DNA of 64,000 nt from Acidimicrobiia bacterium (GTDB lineage Bacteria; Actinomycetota; Acidimicrobiia; Spongiisociales; ZC4RG35). Position 1 is the stretch's first letter; each line of letters begins with the position of its first letter. Shown one piece after another: positions 27,976 to 36,982 of the stretch. Made by a program: the position numbers and the translations under genes. The stretch lies in assembly GCA_035462175.1 (NCBI GenBank), contig DATHUP010000025.1:12447-76446 (forward strand), in the 5' to 3' direction. The notes under the pieces were generated by a model. It had not been told where the DNA came from. It was given only the letters and a program-made list of their open reading frames with translations, and did no database searches.

Positions 27976-28851
27976 TCAGGTCCGCCTCCTCCGACGATAC
28001 AAGCTTTCGGAGGCGCCCGGCCGAAAGCCACAGGTGAGATAGAGATTCCCGGCCGCCGGGTTGGTGGATTCGTAGCTGACCTTGACTCGGGAAGCCCCGA
28101 GCGAGACGAGACGCTCGAGACCAGCGGTGAGCACATGACGCGCCAGCCCCAGGCGCCAGTACCTCTCCTCGGTTCGCATCGGCTCGACGAGCCCGACGCC
28201 GGTGGCGGGATCGAACCAGAAGAGCCCGTAGGCGGCGACTTGGCTCTCCGCGTCTTCCACCCAGAGGTCGAGGTCCGGCCGGTACAACGATGTCTGGGAC
28301 AACCGCTCTTCGACCCGATCGCCGTTCCTGACCACCATGTGATGGACGCGACCCTGACCTTCGCGCCGATCATGGAGGCTGAATCCATCGACCAGCGCCG
28401 CGATCGGGGGGACTTCGGCGGCCCTGATCCATGTGGGAACGAAACGTGCTTCGTCCGATAGAGAGAACCCCGACTCGATCACCAGCGCACGTAGTGTGTC
28501 ATCTTCGTCCCTCACCGCGATCTCGACATCGTCGACAGGAATCTCGTCCATCCGCTCCAGGGCGCGCGACCAGATGCCGGGCAACAGATCCTCGGCCCTG
28601 CTGGGAAGGACCACCGGATCGCAACCCCAGGTTGTGCCCCAATCGGTGAAGACGATGGCGGCTTCGGGCGCACCGGAGGTGTCGTTCCAGAAGAGCTGGG
28701 TGAACTCGTCGGAGGCACGCTCTCGACGCCACCACCATTGGAAGTCGGCGGCCTCCCAGATACCGGCGGTCGGATCTTCGATCCGAACCCGATTGGCGAG
28801 CCGGGTGATCAGGCGGAGATATTCGAGCCCTGTTGCGGTCGTCTCGTCCAC
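27976..28851 (-). CDS. GNAT-family N-acetyltransferase (two-lobed)
   Basis: 291 aa. The C-terminal ERYWRLGLARHVLTAGLERLVSLGASRVKVSYESTNPAAGNLYLTCGF is a GNAT acetyl-CoA motif. Confidence 0.7.
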   Translation of the reverse strand: MDETTATGLEYLRLITRLANRVRIEDPTAGIWEAADFQWWWRRERASDEFTQLFWNDTSGAPEAAIVFTDWGTTWGCDPVVLPSRAEDLLPGIWSRALERMDEIPVDDVEIAVRDEDDTLRALVIESGFSLSDEARFVPTWIRAAEVPPIAALVDGFSLHDRREGQGRVHHMVVRNGDRVEERLSQTSLYRPDLDLWVEDAESQVAAYGLFWFDPATGVGLVEPMRTEERYWRLGLARHVLTAGLERLVSLGASRVKVSYESTNPAAGNLYLTCGFRPGASESLYRRRRRT

Positions 28852-28899
28852 ACATGCAGTCTGGCCGGGGGATCGACAAGATCCCTAATCTCGTCCCCG

Positions 28900-29493
28900 G
28901 TGACTTCCCAAACCGCCGATGTCGAGCGCTGGTCCTCGCTGAAGGTCTGGCTCTTCTCCCTGTTCAACCGCGATCCGAAGAGCAATCTCGCCGCGGTGGA
29001 ACTACTCTCGCTAAAGCCCGATGACCGGTTCCTCGACCTCGGTTGTGGTCTGGGGGCAGCGTTGGAGCATGCGGACGCAACCGGCGCGGAGACGGCGGGC
29101 ATAGATCCGAGCCCAGCGATGGCGGACCGTGCCGCGAGGCGGGTCCCCGGCGCCGAGGTGAGGGAAGGTTCGGCGGAGTCCATCCCGTTCGACGACAACC
29201 GGTTCACCGCGGCTCTGGCAGTGTCGACATACCACCATTGGGCCGACCCCGAGGCAGGTTTGGCCGAGGTCCGGCGTGCGCTCGTACCGGGAGGGCGTCT
29301 CCTCATATTCGAGAGGAAGCTGAAGAAGAGCAGCGGCCACGGTATCGATGCGACCGGTGCCGATCGGGTCGCTCAGATGCTCACCGGCCACGGGTACGTC
29401 TCCGCCGAGGTCGACACTGTTCGAGTCGGTCGAGTGGACTACTTGACGGTGTCTGCGGTCAAGCCCCGAGGTGACGAGCAGGGCATCTCGTAG
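28900..29493 (+). CDS. class I SAM-dependent methyltransferase
   Basis: FLDLGCGLGAAL (motif I), VPGGRLLIFE. A GTG start at 28900 is chosen, because the upstream part of the track ORF is antisense to the GNAT gene. Confidence 0.7.
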   Translation: MTSQTADVERWSSLKVWLFSLFNRDPKSNLAAVELLSLKPDDRFLDLGCGLGAALEHADATGAETAGIDPSPAMADRAARRVPGAEVREGSAESIPFDDNRFTAALAVSTYHHWADPEAGLAEVRRALVPGGRLLIFERKLKKSSGHGIDATGADRVAQMLTGHGYVSAEVDTVRVGRVDYLTVSAVKPRGDEQGIS

Positions 29494-29521
29494 CCGACTC
29501 CGAGGACGCGCCTTGCTCTCC

Positions 29522-29740
29522 TCAAGAGCGGTCTGATGATGCCAACCGGCGGCCGCTCAACACCGCCGCCAGGGACCCGAAAGCCAGTGCGGTTGCCATG
29601 GCAACCACCGGGCCCACCGGTTCCTCCCAGATCATCTCGGCCACTCGCGCTCCGACCAGCCAGGTGACCATGAACACCAGCAGACCGATGCCGATCCCGG
29701 TGACCCGGGCGGCGATCACCTCCGCCGTCCTAATACTCAC
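29522..29740 (-). CDS. small membrane protein (72 aa)
   Basis: The GTG start overlaps the upstream stop (GTGA). Two TM segments (VTGIGIGLLVFMVTWLVGA, VVAMATALAFGSLAAVL). Confidence 0.45.
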   Translation of the reverse strand: MSIRTAEVIAARVTGIGIGLLVFMVTWLVGARVAEMIWEEPVGPVVAMATALAFGSLAAVLSGRRLASSDRS

Positions 29741-30117
29741 GCGAAGGCGAGAAAGACCGGTGGGAAGGTCAATATCCCACCCAAGACGCCGAGGACCACC
29801 CCGATCCAAAAGACCCGCTTGATGTCCATCTCCTTGCCCCGCCAGATTGCGGCAAGGATGAGCCAGGCGATCAGCCAGGCGATGACGGCGACGATCGTCT
29901 TGCCGGCGAGTGGACCGACACCCCGTCCCATCTCGAAGGACTGCAGCCAATCGTGCAGGCCCTCTGAGACCTCGTTGAGGGTGGTCATGAGACCGAGGAC
30001 GAAGATGCCGATCCCGGCGGCGAGCATCGCCGCCGCACCCGGACCGTCGGGCTTGGCGGGGAGATGCAGCCTCTCGAGCTCGGGGGCTATCCGCTCATCG
30101 TGATGAATGTCGGCCAT
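29737..30117 (-). CDS. hypothetical membrane protein (126 aa)
   Basis: ATG 30117 (MADIHHDERIAPELE..), followed by 4 predicted TM segments. It lies 10 nt downstream of the preceding membrane-protein gene. Confidence 0.5.
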   Translation of the reverse strand: MADIHHDERIAPELERLHLPAKPDGPGAAAMLAAGIGIFVLGLMTTLNEVSEGLHDWLQSFEMGRGVGPLAGKTIVAVIAWLIAWLILAAIWRGKEMDIKRVFWIGVVLGVLGGILTFPPVFLAFA

Positions 30118-30127
30118 GACACCTCTC

Positions 30128-30703
30128 CTAGACGATCGGGGCGACCTTGTTGAGGAAGGCACCAAATGCCCCTCCAACAACAGCGGCGCCGAATGCGGCG
30201 ACAAACATGACGATGACGGCGGTCCGCAACCACGGGCGAGCCATCAGCCTTGGCCCGTAGTACGTGACCAGGAAAGCCGCGGCGGTGGCGAGAATCGGGG
30301 CCGCCCAACCAACATGTTCCTTCCACTCCATACCCAGCTCATGCCAGGTCTCGGTTTGCCCGGAGACATCAGACAACAGGAATTCGCGGGGGGAGCAGGT
30401 CTCGTTGGGGAGGATGGCCCCGGCACAACCGGCATATCGGTCATCGCCGACCTCTGACAGGTTGGCCCGGTACCACGGATATACGATCCACGTGCCCGTG
30501 ATGACCGTCGCCCATGCCGCCCCGGCCATGACCCAGATTCCCCAGTAGAGACGTTTCATCCTCTCTTGGATCCCGGCTGTCGTGATCAAACCCGGGCGTA
30601 GGCTCCACAGCCCGGCTAGACCACCGGCGAAGGCCAACAGGAAAAGGGTCCCCAAAACCAGACCGTGGATCACGGTCCATGCCTCTCGTGTGCTGAGTTC
30701 CAT
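30128..30703 (-). CDS. hypothetical membrane protein with a Cys pair in an external loop
   Basis: 191 aa with 4-5 TM segments. The loop is YAGCAGAILPNETCSPREF. A GGAGAAGAGG SD lies upstream. Confidence 0.55.
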   Translation of the reverse strand: MELSTREAWTVIHGLVLGTLFLLAFAGGLAGLWSLRPGLITTAGIQERMKRLYWGIWVMAGAAWATVITGTWIVYPWYRANLSEVGDDRYAGCAGAILPNETCSPREFLLSDVSGQTETWHELGMEWKEHVGWAAPILATAAAFLVTYYGPRLMARPWLRTAVIVMFVAAFGAAVVGGAFGAFLNKVAPIV

Positions 30704-30935
30704 TTGGGCCTCTTCTCCGGCTAGGGGTTTCTAGGCACCGTACGGACTAGCGCCAAGGGCCCATTGACCAGGCGTGCTCGAGCCGGCCGAAAGCCTCTGG
30801 GTCTGGAGGCATCAGGTCCTTCCGGTTCCCATCCGCCGAACAGTAGTGATGGCGACGGTGGCGATGAGGGTCAGACCGGCCCCTCAGTTGGGAGTGGACG
30901 ATCGTCGCCACCCATTCCCTCTCCACCGGTAGGCG

Positions 30936-32432
30936 TCACGCGTTTCGTGCTGCGGCGGTCCGGTGGAAGACGGCAGCTGCGGCGACGGTGATGCCTACCA
31001 ACCAGCCCAATGCCAAGAGCAGACCAGTGGTTTCGTCGAAGCCCGGTGTGAAGGCGCCGTCGATGAGGACTCGGACCGTGCCGTGGGCCGGCATCCATGC
31101 CGCCCACGGCGGGGGAGCGGCGTCGAACATGACGTTCTGGGCGAGGCCGACGTCGAGGAAGGGCAACAGGAACATCAGGTAGAGCCCCCCGAGCCGCCCG
31201 ACGAGAGGGCCGATGACGACGCCGATCATGGCGTAGGTGACCGCCACGGCGAACGTGGCCAGGACGAAGGTGAGCCACACCTGTGGCTGGAAGCTCCCTA
31301 CATAGACCGCCACTGAGACGACGGCGGTGACGATGGCGGCCGCCAGGGTGATCACTCCGAGTCGGGCGGCGAGGACTTCACCCGGTCGAAAACCGGCGAG
31401 GACCAGGCGGCGGTCCCCTTCCGCAGATCCGAGCACGACGAACAGGCCCGCCAGCCCGGCGAGGAAGGCCACCGTGATCGGGACCATGATGGCGCCGTGG
31501 ACGTCGATCATGGACAGGATGGAGATCGTGCGGACACCGTTCTCGACGAGCTCCACCGGAGCGGGATCATCGGGTGTGACCGCGAGCGATAGCGAGATGA
31601 AGAACAAGGGGAGGCCGATCAGCAGTACCCAGAGTGCGGTATTGCGCCGGTATTCGCGCCAGGCAAAGCGGAGTCCGGTTCGAACCCGGGCCCACGCACC
31701 GACGACGCGACGGGGACGGCCGGAGCCGGCGGGACGGGTGGTGGAGAAGAGAGCGACCACCGCCACTGCCAGCGCTCCGAAGGTCCAGGCGAGGGAAGCC
31801 CCGAGATCGCCGAGCGGGCCGGCGTGAGTGGTGGTCGCGTCCAGCATGACCTGGGTCGGAAAGTGGGCCGGGAAGAAACGGATGATGAGTGACTCGGTGC
31901 GTCCCATGGCGGGGCCGAGGAATACATCGAACATCCAGATGAAGATGATGATCAGCGACCCGTTGACCTCGGAGCGAACCAGGGCTCCGACGGCGACTCC
32001 GATCGCCAGGTAGATGAGGGCGAACATGGCTGTGGCCCCGACGGCACGACCCACGTCGACCAGGTCGGTACGGACCGCGAGGGCGGTCAACGCTCCGACT
32101 GAGGCGACGGCTGCCAAGGCCAGGGAGGAACTCACCCGCGCCGCCACCACCTTGGCGGTGGCGGCGCCTGCCGCAGCCAGGCGCCGGTCGGGTTCCCTCG
32201 ACCCGGTGACGTGGAAGAACCCGGCCACTCCGGCGAGGAATGCCGCAGCCCAGCCGGCGGTTGCGGCCTCCAACTGACCGAAACTGGCTTCCCCCCCGAG
32301 GATGCGGGCGAAGTCTGCAATGGCGCCCGCCGACAGAGCCACGAATACGACCGGGACCACCGCCAACAGGACCAGATTCAACGGTCTCCGGGCGTACTCA
32401 TTGAGATAGCGGCGTGTGAGCAGGGTGGTCAT
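30936..32432 (-). CDS. ABC-2-type transporter permease
   Basis: 498 aa, very hydrophobic, about 12 TM segments. Its start overlaps the ATPase stop by 4 nt. Confidence 0.7.
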   Translation of the reverse strand: MTTLLTRRYLNEYARRPLNLVLLAVVPVVFVALSAGAIADFARILGGEASFGQLEAATAGWAAAFLAGVAGFFHVTGSREPDRRLAAAGAATAKVVAARVSSSLALAAVASVGALTALAVRTDLVDVGRAVGATAMFALIYLAIGVAVGALVRSEVNGSLIIIFIWMFDVFLGPAMGRTESLIIRFFPAHFPTQVMLDATTTHAGPLGDLGASLAWTFGALAVAVVALFSTTRPAGSGRPRRVVGAWARVRTGLRFAWREYRRNTALWVLLIGLPLFFISLSLAVTPDDPAPVELVENGVRTISILSMIDVHGAIMVPITVAFLAGLAGLFVVLGSAEGDRRLVLAGFRPGEVLAARLGVITLAAAIVTAVVSVAVYVGSFQPQVWLTFVLATFAVAVTYAMIGVVIGPLVGRLGGLYLMFLLPFLDVGLAQNVMFDAAPPPWAAWMPAHGTVRVLIDGAFTPGFDETTGLLLALGWLVGITVAAAAVFHRTAAARNA

Positions 32433-33172
32433 CTTGGCACCGCCTTGCCCTCGACCAGGTCATAGATGCGGTCGAATCGTTCTGCGTCGGTGATGAAGTG
32501 GCTGATGATCAGAAGGCTCCGCCCGGCGTCACGCCGCTCTCTGGTGAGCTGCCAGAACCGCTGGTAGGTATCCCAGTCGAACCCGGCGTAAGGCTCGTCG
32601 AGCAACAGCAGGTCGGGGTCGGGCAAAAGAGCCAGTCCGAGATTCAGTTTGGCCTTGGTCCCTCCCGACAATTCCTCGACCCGCGAGTCACGCCATTCGG
32701 CGAATCCGAGAGTTCGGTAGATGTGATCTCGAGCGCTGTCGACGTCGATCTCGTTCATGCCGTACGCCCTGCCGAAGAGCTGGAAGTGCTCGTCACAGGT
32801 CAGACGCTCGTAAAGGATCGGCTCTTGAGGGCAGTACCCGACCGAGCCGGACTTGGATACGGTGCCGCCATCGCGTTCGATCCCGCCGACCAGGATCTTC
32901 ATCAGGGTCGACTTTCCCGAGCCGTTCTCACCGACCAGTCCCACGATCTCCCCGGATCGCAGTCTCAGATCGGCACCGCGGAGCACGTCGAGACGTCGTC
33001 GTCTTGGCCAGACCCCCCTCGTATAGGTCTTGATGATTCCGGTGGCGTCGAGCACGTCGGTCGCGGCGTCGCCACCCAGATGTCTGCCGGTGGACTCGAC
33101 GTCGAGATCCTCTGAGAGTGGGAGGCTGCCCACCGTCGGTGCGCTCGATTCTGTCGTTGGTGGGTGCATCAT
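32429..33172 (-). CDS. ABC transporter ATP-binding protein
   Basis: GENGSGKST (Walker A), LSGGTKAKL (signature), LLLLDEPYAGFD (Walker B). Confidence 0.85.
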   Translation of the reverse strand: MMHPPTTESSAPTVGSLPLSEDLDVESTGRHLGGDAATDVLDATGIIKTYTRGVWPRRRRLDVLRGADLRLRSGEIVGLVGENGSGKSTLMKILVGGIERDGGTVSKSGSVGYCPQEPILYERLTCDEHFQLFGRAYGMNEIDVDSARDHIYRTLGFAEWRDSRVEELSGGTKAKLNLGLALLPDPDLLLLDEPYAGFDWDTYQRFWQLTRERRDAGRSLLIISHFITDAERFDRIYDLVEGKAVPR

Positions 33173-33205
33173 CGCCTCTTTCCTTGATCCCTTCCGTCAC
33201 TTGAC

Positions 33206-33237
33206 AACCTACGCCTTCCAGCCGACTGGAAGGTCAA
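33206..33237 (-). promoter_or_regulatory. MerR-type promoter-operator, copy A (drives the ABC exporter operon)
   Basis: Minus strand reads TTGACC-TTCCAGTCGGCTGGAAGGCG-TAGGTT, with a 20-bp spacer. The palindrome has one central mismatch. The ATG at 33172 lies about 27 nt downstream of the predicted TSS and has a GGAAAGAGG SD. Confidence 0.65.
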
Positions 33238-33427
33238 TAGGGTCGAAAGTCCCGGAGAGCGGCCCGCGGGGATCTATCTGCGTGACGTGGACGCAGAGCT
33301 CGTCGAAAACCGGGGCTCCGCGCTCACCAGCTGCTCAGTGGCCATGTTCTCCCAACGTCCGCCCGTCCGAGCCACCCCGGGATCGCGTTGTGTCTCGGCG
33401 TCCGTCAACCGTCGCGCAACTACAAGA

Positions 33428-33841
33428 TCACGATTCAGAAGCGTGCTCGCTCAGTGCGTCCACCACACGCTGCAATCGCACCAGGGCTTCGCTGGCCACA
33501 TGCTCCAAAGCTGGGTTGTTGGTCAGGCTGACCATCGTCGAAGGGTCGAGCACCGCAACCACGGTGCTCGTGCCGTCCTCATACACCACGACGTTGCAGG
33601 GCAGCAACAGGCCCACGTCTGCCTCTTTCTCCAAGGCTTCGGCAGCGAGGTGGGGGTTGCACGCTCCCAGGATGCGGTAGGGGCCCCGGGTCAGACCAAG
33701 CTTCGCTCGTAGGGTCTCGGCGACATCGATCTCGGTCAGGATTCCGAAACCCTCGTTGGTCAGAAGCTCTCTGACTCTGGCCTCCGCGGCCACCACGTCG
33801 AGGGTTGTCCTCGTCTTCAATCCGTATGCTGGCTGTGCCAA
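33428..33841 (-). CDS. DUF302-family protein
   Basis: 137 aa. LLTNEGFGILTEIDVAETLRAKLG..YRILGACNPHLA..LLPCNVVVYE matches DUF302. Confidence 0.75.
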   Translation of the reverse strand: MAQPAYGLKTRTTLDVVAAEARVRELLTNEGFGILTEIDVAETLRAKLGLTRGPYRILGACNPHLAAEALEKEADVGLLLPCNVVVYEDGTSTVVAVLDPSTMVSLTNNPALEHVASEALVRLQRVVDALSEHASES

Positions 33842-34089
33842 TGCGATTCCTCCTCAGCGGCTGCCGTGCGGCCGCTCAGACGCTCGGTCTCATGTTCGGC
33901 TCGTCGGTCGAACCACAGCATCATCATCACCATGCCAAGACATATCGCCAAGGCGAGACCGATGATGACACGGGGGATACTGCCGTCGAGCCGGAACAGA
34001 GCGATGGCACCGGCGGTCATCACCACCACTCCGACCCAAATCCAGAACAGGCCGGTCGGTCCAGACGCGAGGCGTTCGGTGGATCTCAC
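33817..34089 (-). CDS. small two-TM membrane protein with a His-containing tail (90 aa); not resolved by the ORF track
   Basis: The GTG at 34089 overlaps the cupredoxin stop (GTGA). Sequence: VRSTERLASGPTGLFWIWVGVVVMTAGAIALF..VIIGLALAICLGMVMMMLWF..EEESHWHSQHTD. Confidence 0.5.
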   Translation of the reverse strand: MRSTERLASGPTGLFWIWVGVVVMTAGAIALFRLDGSIPRVIIGLALAICLGMVMMMLWFDRRAEHETERLSGRTAAAEEESHWHSQHTD

Positions 34090-34457
34090 GACACCACCAC
34101 TTTGCCCCGAAGCATTCCCATCTGGCAGGCGAACTCGAAGACGCCGGCTTTGTCCGGCGTGAACTCGATGGGCACATTGGAGCCCTGGGGCAGCTCGGCA
34201 GAGACACCGAAGGTGTCGAAGACGACCCGCTCCGAGCAGGGGTCGGCCTCCTGGCGGTTGAAGATCAGCCGCACCGGCCGTCCCGCGCTGACCCTGATCG
34301 TGTCCGGGCTGTATCCACCTTTGACAACGACGAAAGCCTCCTGGGTCCCATCGCTGGTGACACCGGCGACGGTCCCTGTTGGCTTGGAGAGCCAGAAGTA
34401 CCAGACGATCAGTCCGATCAGGGCCAGGCCCCCCAGATTGACCAATACGACGTCCAT
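34086..34457 (-). CDS. membrane-anchored cupredoxin-like domain protein
   Basis: 123 aa. An N-terminal TM segment, then a cupredoxin_1-like core (VVVKGGYSPDTIRVSAGRPVRLIF..GVFEFACQMGMLRGKVVV). Its start overlaps the copA stop (TGATG). Confidence 0.7.
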   Translation of the reverse strand: MDVVLVNLGGLALIGLIVWYFWLSKPTGTVAGVTSDGTQEAFVVVKGGYSPDTIRVSAGRPVRLIFNRQEADPCSERVVFDTFGVSAELPQGSNVPIEFTPDKAGVFEFACQMGMLRGKVVVS

Positions 34458-36928
34458 CAGGAAACCTCCTCACGGTGGGTGGGTTTGAAGCGGCGGAGCC
34501 GATTGGCATTGGTGACCACGGTGACCGAGGAGAACGCCATGGCCGCCCCGGCGATCAGCGGGGAAAGCAGGATTCCCAGGGCCGGGTAGAGCACACCGGC
34601 CGCAACCGGAATGCCCAGGGTGTTGTAAGCGAACGCGCCCACCAGGTTCTGGTGGATGTTGCGCATCGTCGCCTGGGAAAGCTCGATGGCGGTGGCCACT
34701 CCGGTGAGCGACCCCTTGACCAGAGTGATGTCGCCCGACTCCATGGCGACGTCCGTGCCGGTGCCCATGGCCAGACCGACGTCGGCCTGGGCGAGAGCGG
34801 GGGCGTCGTTGATCCCGTCACCGACCATGGCCACCACCTTTCCTTCGGCTTGGAGGAGCTTGATCTGGGTCGCCTTCTCGTCGGGGAGCACTTCGGCCAG
34901 CACTCGATCGATTCCCACGCTTCGGGCGATGGCGGCTGCTGTGCGGTGGTTGTCCCCGGTGAGCATGACTACCTCCAAGCCGAGACGGTGAAGCCGGGCG
35001 ATGGCTTCGATCGAGTCGTCCTTGAGGGTGTCGGCGACCGCCACCGCCCCGGCGGGCTCGCCGTCGACGGCGATGACCATCGCAGTCTTCCCTTGTTCGG
35101 CAAGCGACTCGAGCTGGGACTCGGCAGGCCCGGCCGCGATTCCCCGATCGGCCATCAGCTTCAGAGTCCCCAGAACGACGTTGCGGCCGTCGACTCGGGC
35201 TTCGATCCCGTGGCCCGGCACCGCCGAGAACTGGTCGGGATCACTCAAGGCAAGCTCACGGTCGAGTGCAGCTCGTACGATCGCCTCTCCGAGTGGATGC
35301 TCCGAACCTCTTTCGGCGGAGGCGGCCAGCCGCAGGACTTCGTCTTCGGTGTAGCCCTCAAAGGCAGTGATATCGGTCAGGGACGGTTCACCGCGGGTGA
35401 TGGTGCCGGTCTTGTCCACCACAACCGTGTCGATACGGTGGGCAGTCTCCAGGGCGTCACCGGAGCGGATCAAGATCCCGTTCTCGGCGCCCTTCCCGAT
35501 CCCCACCATCAGCGAGGTCGGTGTGGCCAGACCGAGGGCGCAGGGGCAGGCGATCACCAGCACAGTGACCATCGTGATCACCGCGTACACGAGGGCCGGA
35601 GAAGGGCCGAAGGTGTACCAGGTCATGAAGGTGGCCACGGCCACGATCATCACCGCGGGGACGAAATACCCCGACACCTTGTCGACGGTGCGCTGGATCG
35701 GAGCTTTGGAGCCCTGGGCGTCGCGAACCATGCGAATGATCTGAGCCAGCATCGTCTCCTTGCCTACCCGGGTGGCCCGGAATCGGAAGGTGCCGGTGCG
35801 ATTGATGGTTGCTCCGATCACGGTGGCGCCTTCACCCTTCTCCACCGGGATCGGTTCCCCGGTGACCATCGATTCGTCCACGGCAGACGACCCTGAGACC
35901 ACCTGGCCGTCCACCGGGACCTTTTCCCCAGGGCGGACCACCACCACGTCCCCAACCACAACCTCATTCACCGGGATGTCGACCTCGCTCCCGTCACGTA
36001 CCACGCGGGCGGTTTTGGCCTGGAGACCGATCAACTTTTTCATCGCCTCCGAAGTGCGGGCCCGGGCGCGCAGTTCGAGCGCCGTACCCAACACCACCAG
36101 GGCGGTCACCACTGCGGTCACGTCATAAAAGACATCACGCAGCATCTCGTCGGGGAAGAACCCAGGGAATACGACCGCCGCCGTGGAGTACAACCAGGCG
36201 GCGGAGATCCCGGTGGCGATCAGGGTGTGCATATTCGCCGAGCGGTGTTTGAGAGCGCCCCACGCCCCCGTGAAGAACTGCGATCCGGACCAGGCCAGCA
36301 CCGGCAGGGTGAGAACACCCATCGCCAGCCAGATCCACCACAACGCAGTCGAACCCTTCGCCGGTATTCCGGGGAAGACCTCCGGATAGGAGAAGTAGAT
36401 CACCGGCAATGACACGATGGCAGCGAACCAGAACTTACGCATCAGCAGCCGGTAGCGGCGCTCCGACTCGACCCGCTCGGTGTCCGAAGTGTCGACGTCC
36501 CCTTCGATCGCCTCCGCCTGATAGCCGGCGCTGGCCACGGCCTCGGTCAGCACCGAGGCCGGCACCTCGTGGGCGGTGTCCACGGTGGCGGTGTTGGCAG
36601 CGAAGTTGACCCGGGCGTCGATCACCCCCGGTACCGCGCTCAAGGCGGTCTCCACCGTCGACACACACGAGCCGCAGGTCATTCCGCTCACGGACAGGTG
36701 GATGGCCCCGATCACTTCGGTTCGAGCGGAGGGAGGCTGGGCTGTGTCGTCAGTAGACGTGGCTGCCGTGTAACGCTCCGGGTCGGCCAAGAAGCTGCCT
36801 CGGCAGTGCTCCGAGCAGAACCCGAGCTCTGGATGCCCATCCGCGCGCAGCGCGGTGGAGCTCACCCTCATCCCACACACCGGATCACTGAGCTCGACGT
36901 CCTTCGATTTCGTGTTCATCACGTTCAT
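34457..36928 (-). CDS. copA: Cu(I)/Ag(I)-translocating P1B-1-type ATPase with N-terminal TRASH/YHS and HMA domains
   Basis: Starts at ATG 36928 ([26 protein letters not shown] = TRASH). GMTCGSCV is the HMA motif. Also present: [21 protein letters not shown], the YN-x4-P signature (AYNTLGIP) and the MxxSS signature (MAFSS). The track ORF extends to 37441, but that part is antisense to merR. Confidence 0.9.
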   Translation of the reverse strand: MNVMNTKSKDVELSDPVCGMRVSSTALRADGHPELGFCSEHCRGSFLADPERYTAATSTDDTAQPPSARTEVIGAIHLSVSGMTCGSCVSTVETALSAVPGVIDARVNFAANTATVDTAHEVPASVLTEAVASAGYQAEAIEGDVDTSDTERVESERRYRLLMRKFWFAAIVSLPVIYFSYPEVFPGIPAKGSTALWWIWLAMGVLTLPVLAWSGSQFFTGAWGALKHRSANMHTLIATGISAAWLYSTAAVVFPGFFPDEMLRDVFYDVTAVVTALVVLGTALELRARARTSEAMKKLIGLQAKTARVVRDGSEVDIPVNEVVVGDVVVVRPGEKVPVDGQVVSGSSAVDESMVTGEPIPVEKGEGATVIGATINRTGTFRFRATRVGKETMLAQIIRMVRDAQGSKAPIQRTVDKVSGYFVPAVMIVAVATFMTWYTFGPSPALVYAVITMVTVLVIACPCALGLATPTSLMVGIGKGAENGILIRSGDALETAHRIDTVVVDKTGTITRGEPSLTDITAFEGYTEDEVLRLAASAERGSEHPLGEAIVRAALDRELALSDPDQFSAVPGHGIEARVDGRNVVLGTLKLMADRGIAAGPAESQLESLAEQGKTAMVIAVDGEPAGAVAVADTLKDDSIEAIARLHRLGLEVVMLTGDNHRTAAAIARSVGIDRVLAEVLPDEKATQIKLLQAEGKVVAMVGDGINDAPALAQADVGLAMGTGTDVAMESGDITLVKGSLTGVATAIELSQATMRNIHQNLVGAFAYNTLGIPVAAGVLYPALGILLSPLIAGAAMAFSSVTVVTNANRLRRFKPTHREEVS

Positions 36929-36934
36929 GTCGCC

Positions 36935-36966
36935 ACCGTACGCCTTCCAGTCGACTGGAATGTCAA
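36935..36966 (-). promoter_or_regulatory. MerR-type promoter-operator, copy B (PcopA, divergent from the regulator gene)
   Basis: Minus strand reads TTGACA-TTCCAGTCGACTGGAAGGCG-TACGGT. The copA ATG begins 7 nt after the -10, so the transcript is probably leaderless. On the + strand, TAAGAT (36971-36976) lies 6 nt before the merR ATG. Confidence 0.75.
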
Positions 36967-36982
36967 GGGGTAAGATGAACTC

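Noticed and set aside
30737-30770. A CGTACGGTG -10-like sequence upstream of the 191-aa membrane-protein gene, resembling the -10 of the MerR-type promoters
   Set aside because: There is no TTCCAG..CTGGAA palindrome and no properly spaced -35. It is probably an ordinary promoter or chance similarity.
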